A DNA stretch of 59,835 nucleotides, filler included, from Basidiobolus meristosporus CBS 931.73 (lineage: Eukaryota > Fungi > Basidiobolomycota): assembly GCA_002104905.1 (NCBI GenBank). It is 3 parts of 3 records of this genome, joined end to end, with 100 filler letters (N's around TTAATTAATTAA, not from the genome) between each part and the next. Parts side by side here need not be neighbours in the genome. Positions count along the whole stretch, not along the records: positions 41,226 to 59,835 come from MCFE01001054.1; 2 more parts are not named here. One strand, written 5' to 3'. Of this stretch, positions 48,150 through 59,835 are shown one piece after another (position 1 is the first letter of the stretch; each line of letters opens with the position of its first letter). The notes beneath the pieces are model-generated. The model saw nothing but the letters and a program-made list of their open reading frames with translations, was not told where the DNA came from and searched no databases. Made by a program: the position numbers and the translations under genes.

Positions 48150-49807
48150 AGAGCTTGTAGTGAGTGGATTTGATGGGGAAGCTGCATAAAAACAGTTCTG
48201 TGCACAATCTATACAGCCCTGGCTGTACACATCTGTTTGTGCCTAAACTTTGGGAACCAAAGAGATTTTGGATGAGTTTTTGCCTCAAATGACTAATATA
48301 ATACATGACACATTAGTAGAGCTAAGTGGCTTCCAAGAGCAATATACACAGGACTCATTAAGGCAACAGTTCCAAAGCATCCAAATGAGGGCAAGTGAAT
48401 ACCTTGAAGAATCACAAGGTGAGCTCCAGGAGGAAGAATACAGACTGCATGCAGCTGTGTCTACGTAGCTCCAGCATATCTTGCTGGATTCCTTACCATC
48501 CCCTACAATGTCAGCATGTCAGCACATGTCAGTCCAGTCTATGCCAACACCCTTCACATGAGTGTCCTCCATCAAGTCAACATGCGTCTGATCAATGCGT
48601 ATGCTTTAGAGCAAAGCTACCAGAACTCACCAAACTGCATATTTACACACAGGTTCATTGGAGCTGACTGTGTTGCATCAACATGTAACATAGCATCAAA
48701 CTCACCCAAGGGCTAGCCAATGTATCAAGTTGCACCTGTGCATGTCAAACACCTGACCAGCAGCAATTCACTTTTAGTGAGCTGACTGACAATGACTACA
48801 TGAAGTGCCTCCACCTCCAGAGCCTTTGGCAAGTAAAAGAATGTGTCAGCATGTGGCACTTCAAGCTGGTTCCATTAAATGGTCTGGAGCAATTCAGCAC
48901 AGCCAAGCTTCAGCATTGCGTTAATTAACTGGGAGGCAAAATACAAACTATAAAGACAGAGGTAATCAAGATGATAGTCAATAAGGAAGTAGATCAGGTG
49001 TACAAAGCAAATTAGTACCAAATGCTGCAGCAGTAATCTCTGTGAGAAAAAAAGTCTAGGAGAAGATGATTCAATCACATTTAATTGCTGCCACTTGTCA
49101 TGATCCAAATAATGCATTTTTTGGCAAACCAATTTGAGCCACTGTAAAACAGTTATCACTAAATATTTTGTTATAAGGAGTGTCAAGATTTTCTCACATT
49201 TGAGACAGTGCCCCTATAATAAACACCCTGCATATGTAAGCATCATCTTTAGCACCAGTAGTACTATCTGATCAGAATTGCACCTATACCATTAGTTGTA
49301 GGCCTGCCATGATACTTTTTCCAGCCACAATGATGAGGGAATTACTTAATCATTGGGCAAAGTGGGATATTTGATAGCAAATCAGGTAGCTGGTGTACTG
49401 GCTGATGAGCTAATTGGGCTAACAGCTTTAGGATACTTTTAGGCCAATCAACCATTGACATATCATCCAAGTTTAGTAATGGTAGCAAAAATGGTAAGTA
49501 TCAGTGTAGCTTATAGTGTGATACGCATATATTTTCAATACAGTAAAGAAACACATCCAAGTACTGGATTTTACCTACTATAACGGTGGCACCAGATTGC
49601 CCTTGTGATGCAAGCATTACAAGATGGTTCAATCACTATGCCAGCCTCATTGTCTCCAATTATGCTACAGTGTGCAAGACTATCCTACAGAATGGAAAAT
49701 GGTCCAAGAGCGATCCTGTCTACTGGCTGCTGCAATATTGCAAACAATTGTTCTTTGCTTCCGCAGATTGCACCACATTCACTCACACAATAAAATGGAA
49801 CAGGTCT
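48150..49807. mobile_element. Long member of the AGACTTGTTCC TIR family, one end visible
   Basis: Ends ATGGAACAGGTCT at 49807; the whole segment is an inverted homologue of 54775-56340; decayed ORF fragments of unrecognised function. Confidence 0.7.
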
Positions 49808-50793
49808 GATGCTTAGTAAAATTGCTAATTTATTCTCGACTATAAGAGAATTCCCATTGTATCAAAAATCTGAAAGTGACAGAGCAAGGGCTGCAAATTA
49901 GCCCTAACGCAACCAAGACTAGTCCAGAATTGTTAAGTATATTTTTTAGCTGCTTATTGATACCAAATATCCTAATATTCTGACAGGAGAAGCCTGAGGC
50001 TGATATTCTACAACTCATCACCAGCATAGAGACACTTGAAGAAGTACTTCACAGTATCAATGCTGGTGTGGCAACAAAATGACACTCTGTTTACTTTGCA
50101 GCTTATCACACAGGCATGTAATGCAATATTCCATGTAAAGCAGAGAAGATAACTTGACTTTGGACTATATCAAAAAAAGACTTCCATATAACGGCTTTAT
50201 GTGCAATACTGAAGTATGGAGAGTTAATAATACTATTTCAGCTCAGACAGAAAGGGAAACCAGCAGAAGCAAAGAAAAACTCTCTGGGGTAAATACAATA
50301 TGAAGCCAGGACACTGGGCAAGAAAATGAAAGTTGAAAGAAACAGACAAAAAGTAGACCCTGGAACTGTAATCCATGTAGCTGTGCATTAAGAGCTCTAT
50401 GTATCAGCACCAGTCAGTGCAAGATACTGTAGTGCAGAGTGACTCTGAAATTAAAGTACATTCAACAGAAAATGCAAGATTGCTTACCTGCATATATAAA
50501 ACTACTGAAACTGATGAAACTGAATGGAGGAAGTGTCATAGGAGGCATAAGCATATTGAGCAATAGAAAATTAGCCAACTAGTGTAAAATTGGCCGGTCT
50601 TAGATTATATCACTCACCTCCAGTCCAATTGAATGTCTGCAATAGATGTTCTAGTGGCAAACAAGCTAGGCAAAGCTTGATGGGCCTAGGAGGCTTTAAT
50701 ACAACCAATGCACTGGCAACTGAGCCCTCAGACATATATTATCACTACACTTTCTTCCAAGGGGCACCTCATAGCCTTTATGAGGTTCAAATA

Positions 50794-52330
50794 TGTAGTT
50801 ACACCTGACTATTTTACTTGCTTAGTCACTTGAATCAATGCCTACAAGTTTTGGTGAATATTAGCTAGATTTCTTGTTGGGAGTTACATCAAATATTTTC
50901 CTTAGGACATCAGATACTCAAAACATCTGATTTTGCAGAGTTGTCCAAATAGCCCCAGACTTTGCGCATGTGTTCTTGGGACCTTCATAATAATATTGTG
51001 TATGCTTGTTTTTCTAACACTATGTATACTATTAGTGCCTCTTTATCATTCACTTAATTGTTGAGTGAAATTAAACAATCAACATATTCTCCCATTCACT
51101 TCCATTATCACTAATACTCTTACTACAAGCTTGGAGTCATGTGCTGCCACTCTCTGCAGTCTCTGCAACTACCTTTACTGGAGTTTTTCCCACTACCAAA
51201 ATGTTGTATGGATCTAGCTACCATTTGTACAAGGTTAGGATGCCAATGCTGCTAGAGGAAAGTGTCCCTGAGGATACTGTTGTACAACAAGAATCCAGCT
51301 CAAGAAATGTTGAATAATACCTAATGGACCAGTAGATAGATGAAGGTGCCTTCAGCTCAAAATGCCTCTTTGTTAGATAAAAATTGCCAACTCAATGCTA
51401 CAGCTCAAAAGCAGCAAAGAAATCCTGGAAGGCATTGTAAGACACCTTCAAGTCATGCTTAGCTGCTAACAAATTGTATCTAGGAAGAAAGTCTTTTGCT
51501 ACAAGGATGCTGCCAGGATAAAAATTTGAAAATCTAATCAACAAAGTCACTCTACTGATTTCTATAGTAATATCATAGAGGATACCAACTACTGATGAAG
51601 ATGAAATAGTTACTCTCCTGACCTGCCTGACCAAGAGGTTCCAGGGCATTATCTCAGCTGTAGGGGCTAGAGATAATCATTCATCTCTGTATTTTATTCT
51701 TAGAAGGCTGCCAGATGAAGAATTGAACACATCAAATGTCACTGGGAAGGTAGAAGACAATTCTTTAATAAGCAATGATAACTAACAAAGGAGGTTCACA
51801 AGGTCCCTTAGAGGCAACAACAACCTCTTTCTCAGCTTCTTCAAAACAAAAGGACACATGTTAGACTGCTATGAAGGTTTTCACGGGTGACAATAGAGTA
51901 CATGAAGTAGTAAGAGAGGGAGCTGTCAAAGTGGACCTCAGAAGCAGAGACAAAAGCTCCACACTCACCTTCAGAGATGAACTATATGAACCATAAATAG
52001 CTAAGAACCTGATGCTTGTAAGCCAGGCCACAGCAGTGGAACTCAGCTTCAGATTCAAAAGTTCTGGATGCAGGATTACCAATCAAATTAGTTGCATAGA
52101 CTGCTTTGGGTGTTGGCTATTAGTATATGGGCAAGATACCTTAGAGTCTGGCATATCCACAAGCCAATATGAGTCAGATGAATCAGGTGACACAAATATT
52201 TTAGCACAGGTGATTGAAACATTTTGATTTTGATTACATACACAAAGGGATCAAATATTAGCCAGTTTCCATAGCAGAGACTGATCACCCACAAAGTTTG
52301 TATTGCTGCACAGTTGGTATGTATCAAGAA
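50794..52330 (+). mobile_element. Decayed copia copy (LTR 50794-51127 and gag-protease remnant)
   Basis: The LTR is a reverse-complement homologue of the copia LTR at 28146-28495; downstream sequence resembles copia gag. Confidence 0.6.
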
Positions 52331-52479
52331 AAGTCCAGACAATCATTTAGTAGCTTTGAATCAATTAATACTATGAAAAAAATGGATCCAATTTACTTAG
52401 AGTAAAGAAAGAATTAAGAAAATATGTTTTGGCAATGGTGGAGATTTTACCTCAGATAAATTTCAAGTTTGAGATTTTT

Positions 52480-53660
52480 CATAGGGTCAGCTCATGCTAT
52501 GAGAGGCTCCTGAGGTTGCTGCAGGCTTTATCACTGTTTAGTCCTTCACTAATACTTTGACTTAGTGCTTCTGGAGTGGGACTACACTTTTTCTCTGATG
52601 AATGTTATGTTGCTGCATCTGTGTCTGCCTACTTTTCCCTGATGGGCATTTTTCCAACTACCTGATGTCTCATTAACACTTGTTGTGAGAATTTGACCCT
52701 GCTTGTAACAAGCTCTTGAGGAAGCTGCCAGTTTTTAGCCATTGCACCCTTGTTCTTCTGCCTTTGATAGCTTCTGCTATTCTTGAGATACTTTCTTAGC
52801 ATACCAATGCTGGCCCAAAATCCATTGGTTTATTTGAATCCAGGATAATGCTCATGGAACAAGTCAAAAACATTCTGCTTGGCCATGAGCTCCTGAGGGT
52901 CCCATGGTATGACATGCTAGACTTCTATTAGCCTCTTGGATATTAGCCCACTCTTCATCATTATACTCAATGGCTTCACCAATCTTCAATGTCTTTGATT
53001 TTTAGGCTTTAGTATGAACACTACATTTTCTCCCTCCCATGCTGTAATAGGTTTCTTGGTGGGCTTTATCTTTGGGCACTGTTGTTGTGCCTCAGAGACT
53101 GTTTGGTGCTCCTCTGCTGTTACATTAGGAAATGGCTCAATTCTTAGCTGTGACATTGGCTAATTGAGTTCCTTCTTTACAGCAAAGATTCTGCTTTTGC
53201 TACCTGGGATATTGATTGCTCTACACTTATTTGCTGCTCATCCTACTTTGGGACTATTTTCATATTTGTCAGGGCCATTGCATCTATCCTGTCAGCCACT
53301 GCACCTTATTGCCTTATTAATGCTTTGGTATGAGCTGACTACATACTTGCTAATATGAGTGGTGGTGATGTTATGACAGACACTTGCTGATCTTCAACTG
53401 CAGGTATTGCTTTTGCTGCATTCCCATCTGCCCCAGCATTATGGTCAGCTAACTGCTCTGCAGAGATGCCTAATTTCCTATTTGACTGAGAGCCTGCGGA
53501 GTCCCCATTATTACCTTCAGTAGGCACACTGTCAACATGGCCTATTTTGGCTGTAGCCCTGCTTGTTGCACTGAATGTCAAAGCAAACTGTTGTCCAACT
53601 GTTCTTCTGCTGCTATCAGTGGTGGGGTTTAGTTGGAAACCTGGTAACTTTGCTTTATTT
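52480..53660 (-). repeat. Further copy of the repeat at ~4350-5340
   Basis: Shared AAAATCCATT.G.TT.TTTGAATCCAGGATAATGCT and CTTTGGTATGAGCTGAC strings. Confidence 0.8.
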
Positions 53661-54774
53661 TTTCTGGAAATCAGTTGAGGGGAGAAATATATGGCAGACT
53701 TAGCTTATACAGGGGAGGATTTTCATATATTAGAATATATTACAGCTTATAGGAAGCCAAGAAATTGGGTGTGTAGTAGGAAGCAAAAGCTGAACCACAA
53801 GATATTCAGTCATCTCAGTGAGTGAGAGTGGAGCCTATATTAGGATATCTCAAGAGATTCAGCATATTAGCAGATAAAAACAGATGAAAGACATATATAG
53901 GAAAAAACAGCAGAATAGGTAAAATAGTGAAGATGCTTATTAATGCATAGTATATTCAAACAAGTAGGAATCCTTTGAGATAAATGTGTGTGGACCAGTG
54001 TGAAGAGTAAGTTAAGTAAAAAAAGCACTATTCTGAGAAATTTAAGTAAGATTAAGTGAAGTTACCTGCAACTATATCCTATGCTTGTTGCAATATTCTG
54101 AGGGGTATTTGAAGTGATGTGGAGGACTAGAGGTCTTACATGCTATTCACTTATAGATTTATTGCTCAAAAGTATGGTATTTATACTTTTGATAAAGTAG
54201 AATAAATGTTCAGGTGACAACTTAGTATATTACAATACTCCCACTCAACAAAATATTCATGAAAATAAATACATATTAAAAGTGTGCAATCTATAATGAG
54301 CATTTCAGATTTAACTATTATGCATACTGGACTAATATACTATCCAACAGTATATGCACTTATGTTCAACTTAATTGAACAGGAAACTTGTAATTTAATG
54401 TGCATATCAACTTAATAGTATGCCTAAAAGTCAGAATGATCTAATCCCCTACAAGAAATTAATGTGATGATCTCATCAAAAGGCCATCACAAATTTAAAG
54501 TCCCATGACTAAGAGGTACTGATCCCATCAGGACACCATGTAGAGACCATTGAGAAATAATTGCACCCCAGATTTCACAAAAAACTTGGTCAAAATTTTT
54601 CATCATAACAATTTATTAGTGGCTTTTGATTAGTTCCTGGCCAATTTGCTCACTTTCTGATCCAGGACACTCAATCACCTCCTATGTTGATGTACATTAA
54701 TTGGCCATTGCTTCTTTATCACACTCCTTACTTCCTGCCTGAACTGTTTCTCTTACTTTTTATACATACATATT

Positions 54775-56340
54775 AGACTTGTTCCATTGTACCATGCCAG
54801 GGCGTGTGGCACAATCCACGGTTGTAAAAAATGATTGGGCGCAATATTATAGCTACCAGTAGGCAGGATTGTTCTTGGACAATTTTGCACTATGTGGGAC
54901 AATCTTGCACACTACGGCACAATCTGACATGATGACATTGGCACAGATGCATGCGACAACTTGTGATGTTTGCATCAGGTGCGTGATTGGATACTGCTAT
55001 TATGGTAGGTAAATCCGGTATTTGGATATGTTTCTTTAATGTAAAGGGAAATAAATGTGTATCACACTATAAACTACACTGATACTGACCATTTTGGTTA
55101 CCATCACTCCAATTGGGCGGTATCTCAGTGGTTAATTGATCCAAAAGTATCCTGAAGCTGGCAGCCCCCAATTGGCTCATTGACTACTAAACAAGCTACC
55201 TGATTTGCCATCAAATATCCCATTTTGCCCATTGAGTAAGTAAATCCCTGATCCTAGTGATTGGACAAGGTGTCATAGCTAGCCTGCAAGTGATTGGGTA
55301 GGTGCAAAACAGATCCAATAGCTGCACTGGTATTACATGTGATGTATATATATGCAGGGTGTTTATTTATAAGGGTTCTCTCTCAAATGTGAAACAACCT
55401 TGATATTACTGATATCAAAAATTTGATGATCACTGATTTGCAATGGTTTGAATTGGATTGCAAAAACAATGGGTTGTTGGGATCATTACAAATAATAGCA
55501 ATTCAAAGTGATTGCATCATCTTCTCCTGTTTTTTTTTCTCACAGGGATTACTACTGAAGCATTTGGTAGTGAATCACTTTGCACACCTATACTACTTCC
55601 TGGCTGACTATCATCTTGGCTACTTGTGTATTTGTAGTCAGAATTTTGCCTCCTAGTTAATGAGTGCAATGCTGCAGCTTGGCCACGCTGAATTGCTCCA
55701 TCTGAACCAACTGAACCGGCCTGGAGTGCCATGCGCTGACACGTTCTTTTACTTGCCAAGGGCTCTGGTGGTTGAGGCACTTCATGTTGGTCATCATCAG
55801 TCAGTTCACCAGAAGTAACTTGCTGATGGTCAGGCAAAACAACATGCACAGGCACAACTTGACGCATTGAGATGGCCCTTGGCTGAGTTCAATGTGATGC
55901 CGCATGTTGATGCAACTTGGTCCGTTCCAATGAACTTGTGTCTAAATGAGCAGTTTGGCAAGTTCTGGTAGTTTTGTTCTGAAATGCATGCATTGACCCA
56001 ACATGGGGCATTCTGGTAAAGGGTGTTGGTATAGTCTGGAATGACATGTGCCGGCGTGCTGTGGTTGCAAGAGATGGTAAGGAATCCTGCAAGGCGTGCT
56101 GGCACAATCTGGACAATGTTGCTTGTGGTCTGTATTCTTACTCCTGAAGCTCACAATCTGATTCCTCAAGGTATTCACTAACCCTCTGTCTGATACTTTG
56201 GAGCTGTTCCCTAGATGAGTCCTGTGTATATTGCTCTCAGAAGCCACTTGGCTCTACTAACATATCACGCAGTACATTAGTCATTTGAGGCAAAAACTCA
56301 TTCAAAATCTCTTTGGTTCCCAAAGTTGAGGCACAAACAA
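54775..56340. mobile_element. Long member of the AGACTTGTTCC TIR family, truncated by gypsy sequence at ~56340
   Basis: ATT|AGACTTGTTCCATTG at 54772-54789; inverted homologue of 48150-49807. Confidence 0.75.
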
Positions 56341-58066
56341 ATCCTCCTGTAAAACCGCCATGAGGAACATCTGAGTACCTTTTCTAAGCGCTCTACAGAA
56401 CTGGTTCTTGCTAAGTTCACTTGTCTCACACACACTGGAATTGACCAAGTTGAAATCCAGCCTGGCAGGTAATAGCTCATAGGTCTTGTTGTCTTTTTGG
56501 ATCTGAGTAGCATGGGTTCCCCTGTTGATTGATGGATTATGACAAAATAGCCAGGTTTTTCCAAGTACAAGGTCAAGCTTGCAGTTCCCAAATATCTAAG
56601 CCTGTAGGTCTTCTTCATAGTCATTGATCTTCATTCTTACTGGCTGGGTAATACAGTTGATTATGTGAGAGTTCCCATCAGCTGTGGAGACTGAAGCTGA
56701 TTTGGTAGGTTCCAAGTTGATTCCAGCTTTCAAGGCAAATTTTGCTCTGACATGTACTCATGCAATGCTCCTGAGTCAATCATGATCTTGGCAGGTACTC
56801 CATTGATTACTCCATTCAAGTACAATAACTTCCCTGAGTTTGAGGTCATTTGGGACAAGTACTCTTCTGTCATATGGAAGGTGAGTTCCAAGTCTTCTTC
56901 AAGCTCATCTTCCACATTACTGTGTTCATGGGACTCAATATGGTTGAAGGTTCTTGTTGGCTGGTGTCCATTTCTTCTCTGAGGGCAGTACTTTGCAATA
57001 TGTCCTTGCTGGTGGCAATTGAAGCAAAGTCCTTTCTTTGTACATTCTTCTGAGGTAGGATTCTTCTGCATAGCATCTATTTCCATTGGCACTGCTTCTG
57101 ACTATCTTTTTTCATAGTGATTGTAGCCTTTCAGATTAGTCACTGTAGGCTTCCCAACTCCAAACATAGCTGAGTCATAGTCAATGGCAATTTTGATGGC
57201 TTCTTCAATTGTGTGAGGTCTTTGGTAATACACTTCCTTGCAAGTTCTTTCTTTCAACCCATCAATAAAGTATTCAACTTGATCCAAGGGGTCCATTCTT
57301 TCAATTTGTCCAAGTAGATATCTGTACTCATAGATGTATTCTTGCACCATTCCTTTCTGTCTGAGTGTCTTTAACTTCCTTCTTAGTAGTGTCTGCTGGT
57401 GTGGAGGTTCAAAAGCATCCTGAATTTCCAACACAAATTCATCCCAGGTAGAGATTGTAGAGCATCCCATCATAGTGGCTGACCTGATCTTGTTGTGGTA
57501 CCACTGTAAAGTGGCATCTGCCAGGTAGGAAGCTGCATAATGCAACTTGCTTTCTGGAGCAATTCCTTTAGCTTTAAAAGCTTCTTCAATCTGAAAGAGC
57601 CAAGTTCCCAGGTTTTCATTGACTCTGCCATGGTACTGGTTGACCTTCACACTAAAGTTGCTCTTGACAGGGCTTTGCTGGCTCTGAGCCATGGTAGTCA
57701 TTCCTTGTTGCTGTTGGCTGAGGATCTGGAGTAACTGTTGCTGTTGGGCCAGGATTTGCTGCATGGCATTCTTCCATTCTTGATTGTCCAACATCTTGAG
57801 GGTGGTTTCTTCTTTCTTCAGGAGGGAGGTTTCTGGTTATCGCTGCTACCAATGTTACAAGTCTTGGTATAAGAGTTGTAGAGGAATAGGGAGTTTAGCT
57901 AGTATTGTATTCACTAAAACTTGAACTGATTTTTATTGAGGTTCCAGCAGCTCCTTATATACATGTTGCCTGATCAATTGCTGACTAATTGTATTTCCTA
58001 ATGTAGGTTGTGGCTGATGACTAATTTGATTGCATCATCATCACCCCATAAGATCCTACTTAATAT
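56340..58066 (-). mobile_element. Ty3/gypsy copy 'C' (partial 5' LTR 57853-58066, PBS, gag-protease), nonsense TAG at 57104-57102
   Basis: Near-identical to 18560-20280 of copy A; LTR cut at ...TAATAT by copy D. Confidence 0.92.
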
Positions 58067-59835
58067 TGTTATGATCTGCCACTTGAATGGTTAAGTTAGA
58101 TCAGTTTTTAGTCAAATCAATTAGTATATGTTTAGGTTATCAGTATAACAGTATTATCTATGAAATCAGTAGCATTAGTCAGCAAATGAATCAGCAGATC
58201 CTTATCAGACAGAAATAGATATATTAAGTAGGATCTTATTGGGTGATGATGATGCAATCAAATGAGTCATCAGCCACAACCTACATTAGGAAATACAATT
58301 AGTCAGCAATTGATCAGGCAACATGTATATAAGGAGCTGCTGGAACCTCAATAAAAATCAGTTCAAGTTTTAGTGAATACAATACTAGCTAAACTCCCTA
58401 TTCCTCTACAACTCTTATACCAAGACTTGTAACATTGGTAGCAGCGATAACCAGAAACCTCCCTCCTGAAGAAAGAAGAAACCACCCTCAAGATGTTGGA
58501 CAATCAAGAATGGAAGAATGCCATGCAGCAAATCCTGGCCCAACAGCAACAGTTACTCCAGATCCTCAGCCAACAGCAACAAGGAATGACTACCATGGCT
58601 CAGAGCCAGCAAAGCCCTGTCAAGAGCAACTTTAGTGTGAAGGTCAACCAGTACCATGGCAGAGTCAATGAAAACCTGGGAACTTGGCTCTTTCAGATTG
58701 AAGAAGCTTTTAAAGCTAAAGGAATTGCTCCAGAAAGCAAGTTGCATTATGCAGCTTCTTACCTGGCAGATGCAGCTTTACAGTGGTACCACAACAAGAT
58801 CAGGTCAGCCACTATGATGGGATGCTCTACAATCTCTACCTGGGATGAGTTTGTGTCGGAAATTCAGGATGCTTTTGAACCTCCACACCAGCAGACACTA
58901 CTAAGAAAGAAGTTAAAGACACTCAGACAGAAAGGAATGGTGCAAGAATACATCTATGAGTACAGATGTCTACTTGGACAAATTGAAAGAATGGACCCCT
59001 TGGATCAAGTTGAATACTTTATTGATGGGTTGAAAGAAAGAACTCGCAAGGAAGTCAATTACCGAAGACCTCAGACTATTGAAGAAGCCATCAAGATTGC
59101 TATTGACTATGACTCAGCTATGTTTGGAGTTGGGAAGCCTACAGTGACTAATCAGAAAGGCTATAATCATTATGAAAGAAGACAATGAGAAGTAGTACCA
59201 ATGGAAATAGACGCTATGCAGAAGAATCCCTCCTCAGAAGAATGCAAGAAGAGAGGACTTTGCTTCAATTGCCACCAGCAGGGACATATTGCAAAGTACT
59301 GCCCTCAGAGAAGAAATGGACACCAGCCAACAAGAACCTTCAACCATATTGAGTCCCATGAGCACAGTAATGTGGAAGATGAGCTTGAAGAAGACTCGGA
59401 ACTCACCTTCCATATGACAGAAGAGTACTTGTCCCAAATGACTTCAAACTCAGGGAAGTTATTGTACTTGAATGGAGTAATCAATGGAGTACCTGCCAAG
59501 ATCATGATTGACTCAGGAGCATCGCATGAGTACATGTCAGAGCAATTTGCTTTGAAAGCTGGAATCAACTCGGAACCTACCAAATCAACTTCAGTTTCCA
59601 CAGCTGATGGGAACTCCCACATAATCAACCGTATTACCCAGCCAGTAAGAATGAAGATCAATGACTGTGAAGAAGACCTACAGGCTTATATATTTGGGAC
59701 CTGCAAGTTTGACCTTGTACTTGGGAAAACCTGGCTATTTTGTCGTAATCCATCAATCAACTGGAGAACCCATGCAACTCAGATCCAAAAAGACAACAAG
59801 ACCTATGAGCTATTACCTGCCAGGCTGGATTTCAA
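58067..59835 (+). mobile_element. Ty3/gypsy copy 'D' (5' LTR 58067-58434, PBS, gag-protease; runs off the window), nonsense TGA at 59186-59188
   Basis: Full 368-bp LTR beginning TGTTATGATC directly inside the LTR of C in opposite orientation; near-identical to A. Confidence 0.93.

Noticed and set aside
15344-59661. Recurrent small ORFs ([11 protein letters not shown]..., MQLAFWSNSF..., MGQVLFCH..., MIFILTGW...)
   Set aside because: Alternative-frame or antisense by-products of near-identical gypsy copies; their conservation reflects recent duplication.

Overview
Eukaryotic, most likely fungal, heterochromatin-like window. The short GT-AG intron with a CTGAC branch point and the CBM19-like domain suggest an early-diverging lineage such as Mucoromycota or Zoopagomycota (inference). 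It is three contigs joined by artificial 100-bp spacers (N44-TTAATTAATTAA-N44 at 22494-22593 and 41126-41225). Most of the sequence is nested, CpG-depleted transposon debris: one Ty3/gypsy family in at least six copies (one apparently intact with identical LTRs), several Ty1/copia copies with Ty5/copia-type half-tRNA primer sites, a second ~1.07-kb LTR family seen only as LTR sequence, a TIR DNA-transposon family (AGACTTGTTCC ends, AWT TSD) including a 736-bp foldback, a CACTA/EnSpm-like transposase relic and probable DIRS relics. The only clear host gene is a giant (at least ~2660 aa, 5'-truncated by the gap) minus-strand repeat protein. It has His-rich 16-aa repeats, then 38-aa and 32-aa Thr/Val repeats, and, after a 59-bp intron missed by the ORF track, a C-terminal six-cysteine CBM19-like chitin-binding module. 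All alignments and domain calls were made by eye; no database searches were run.
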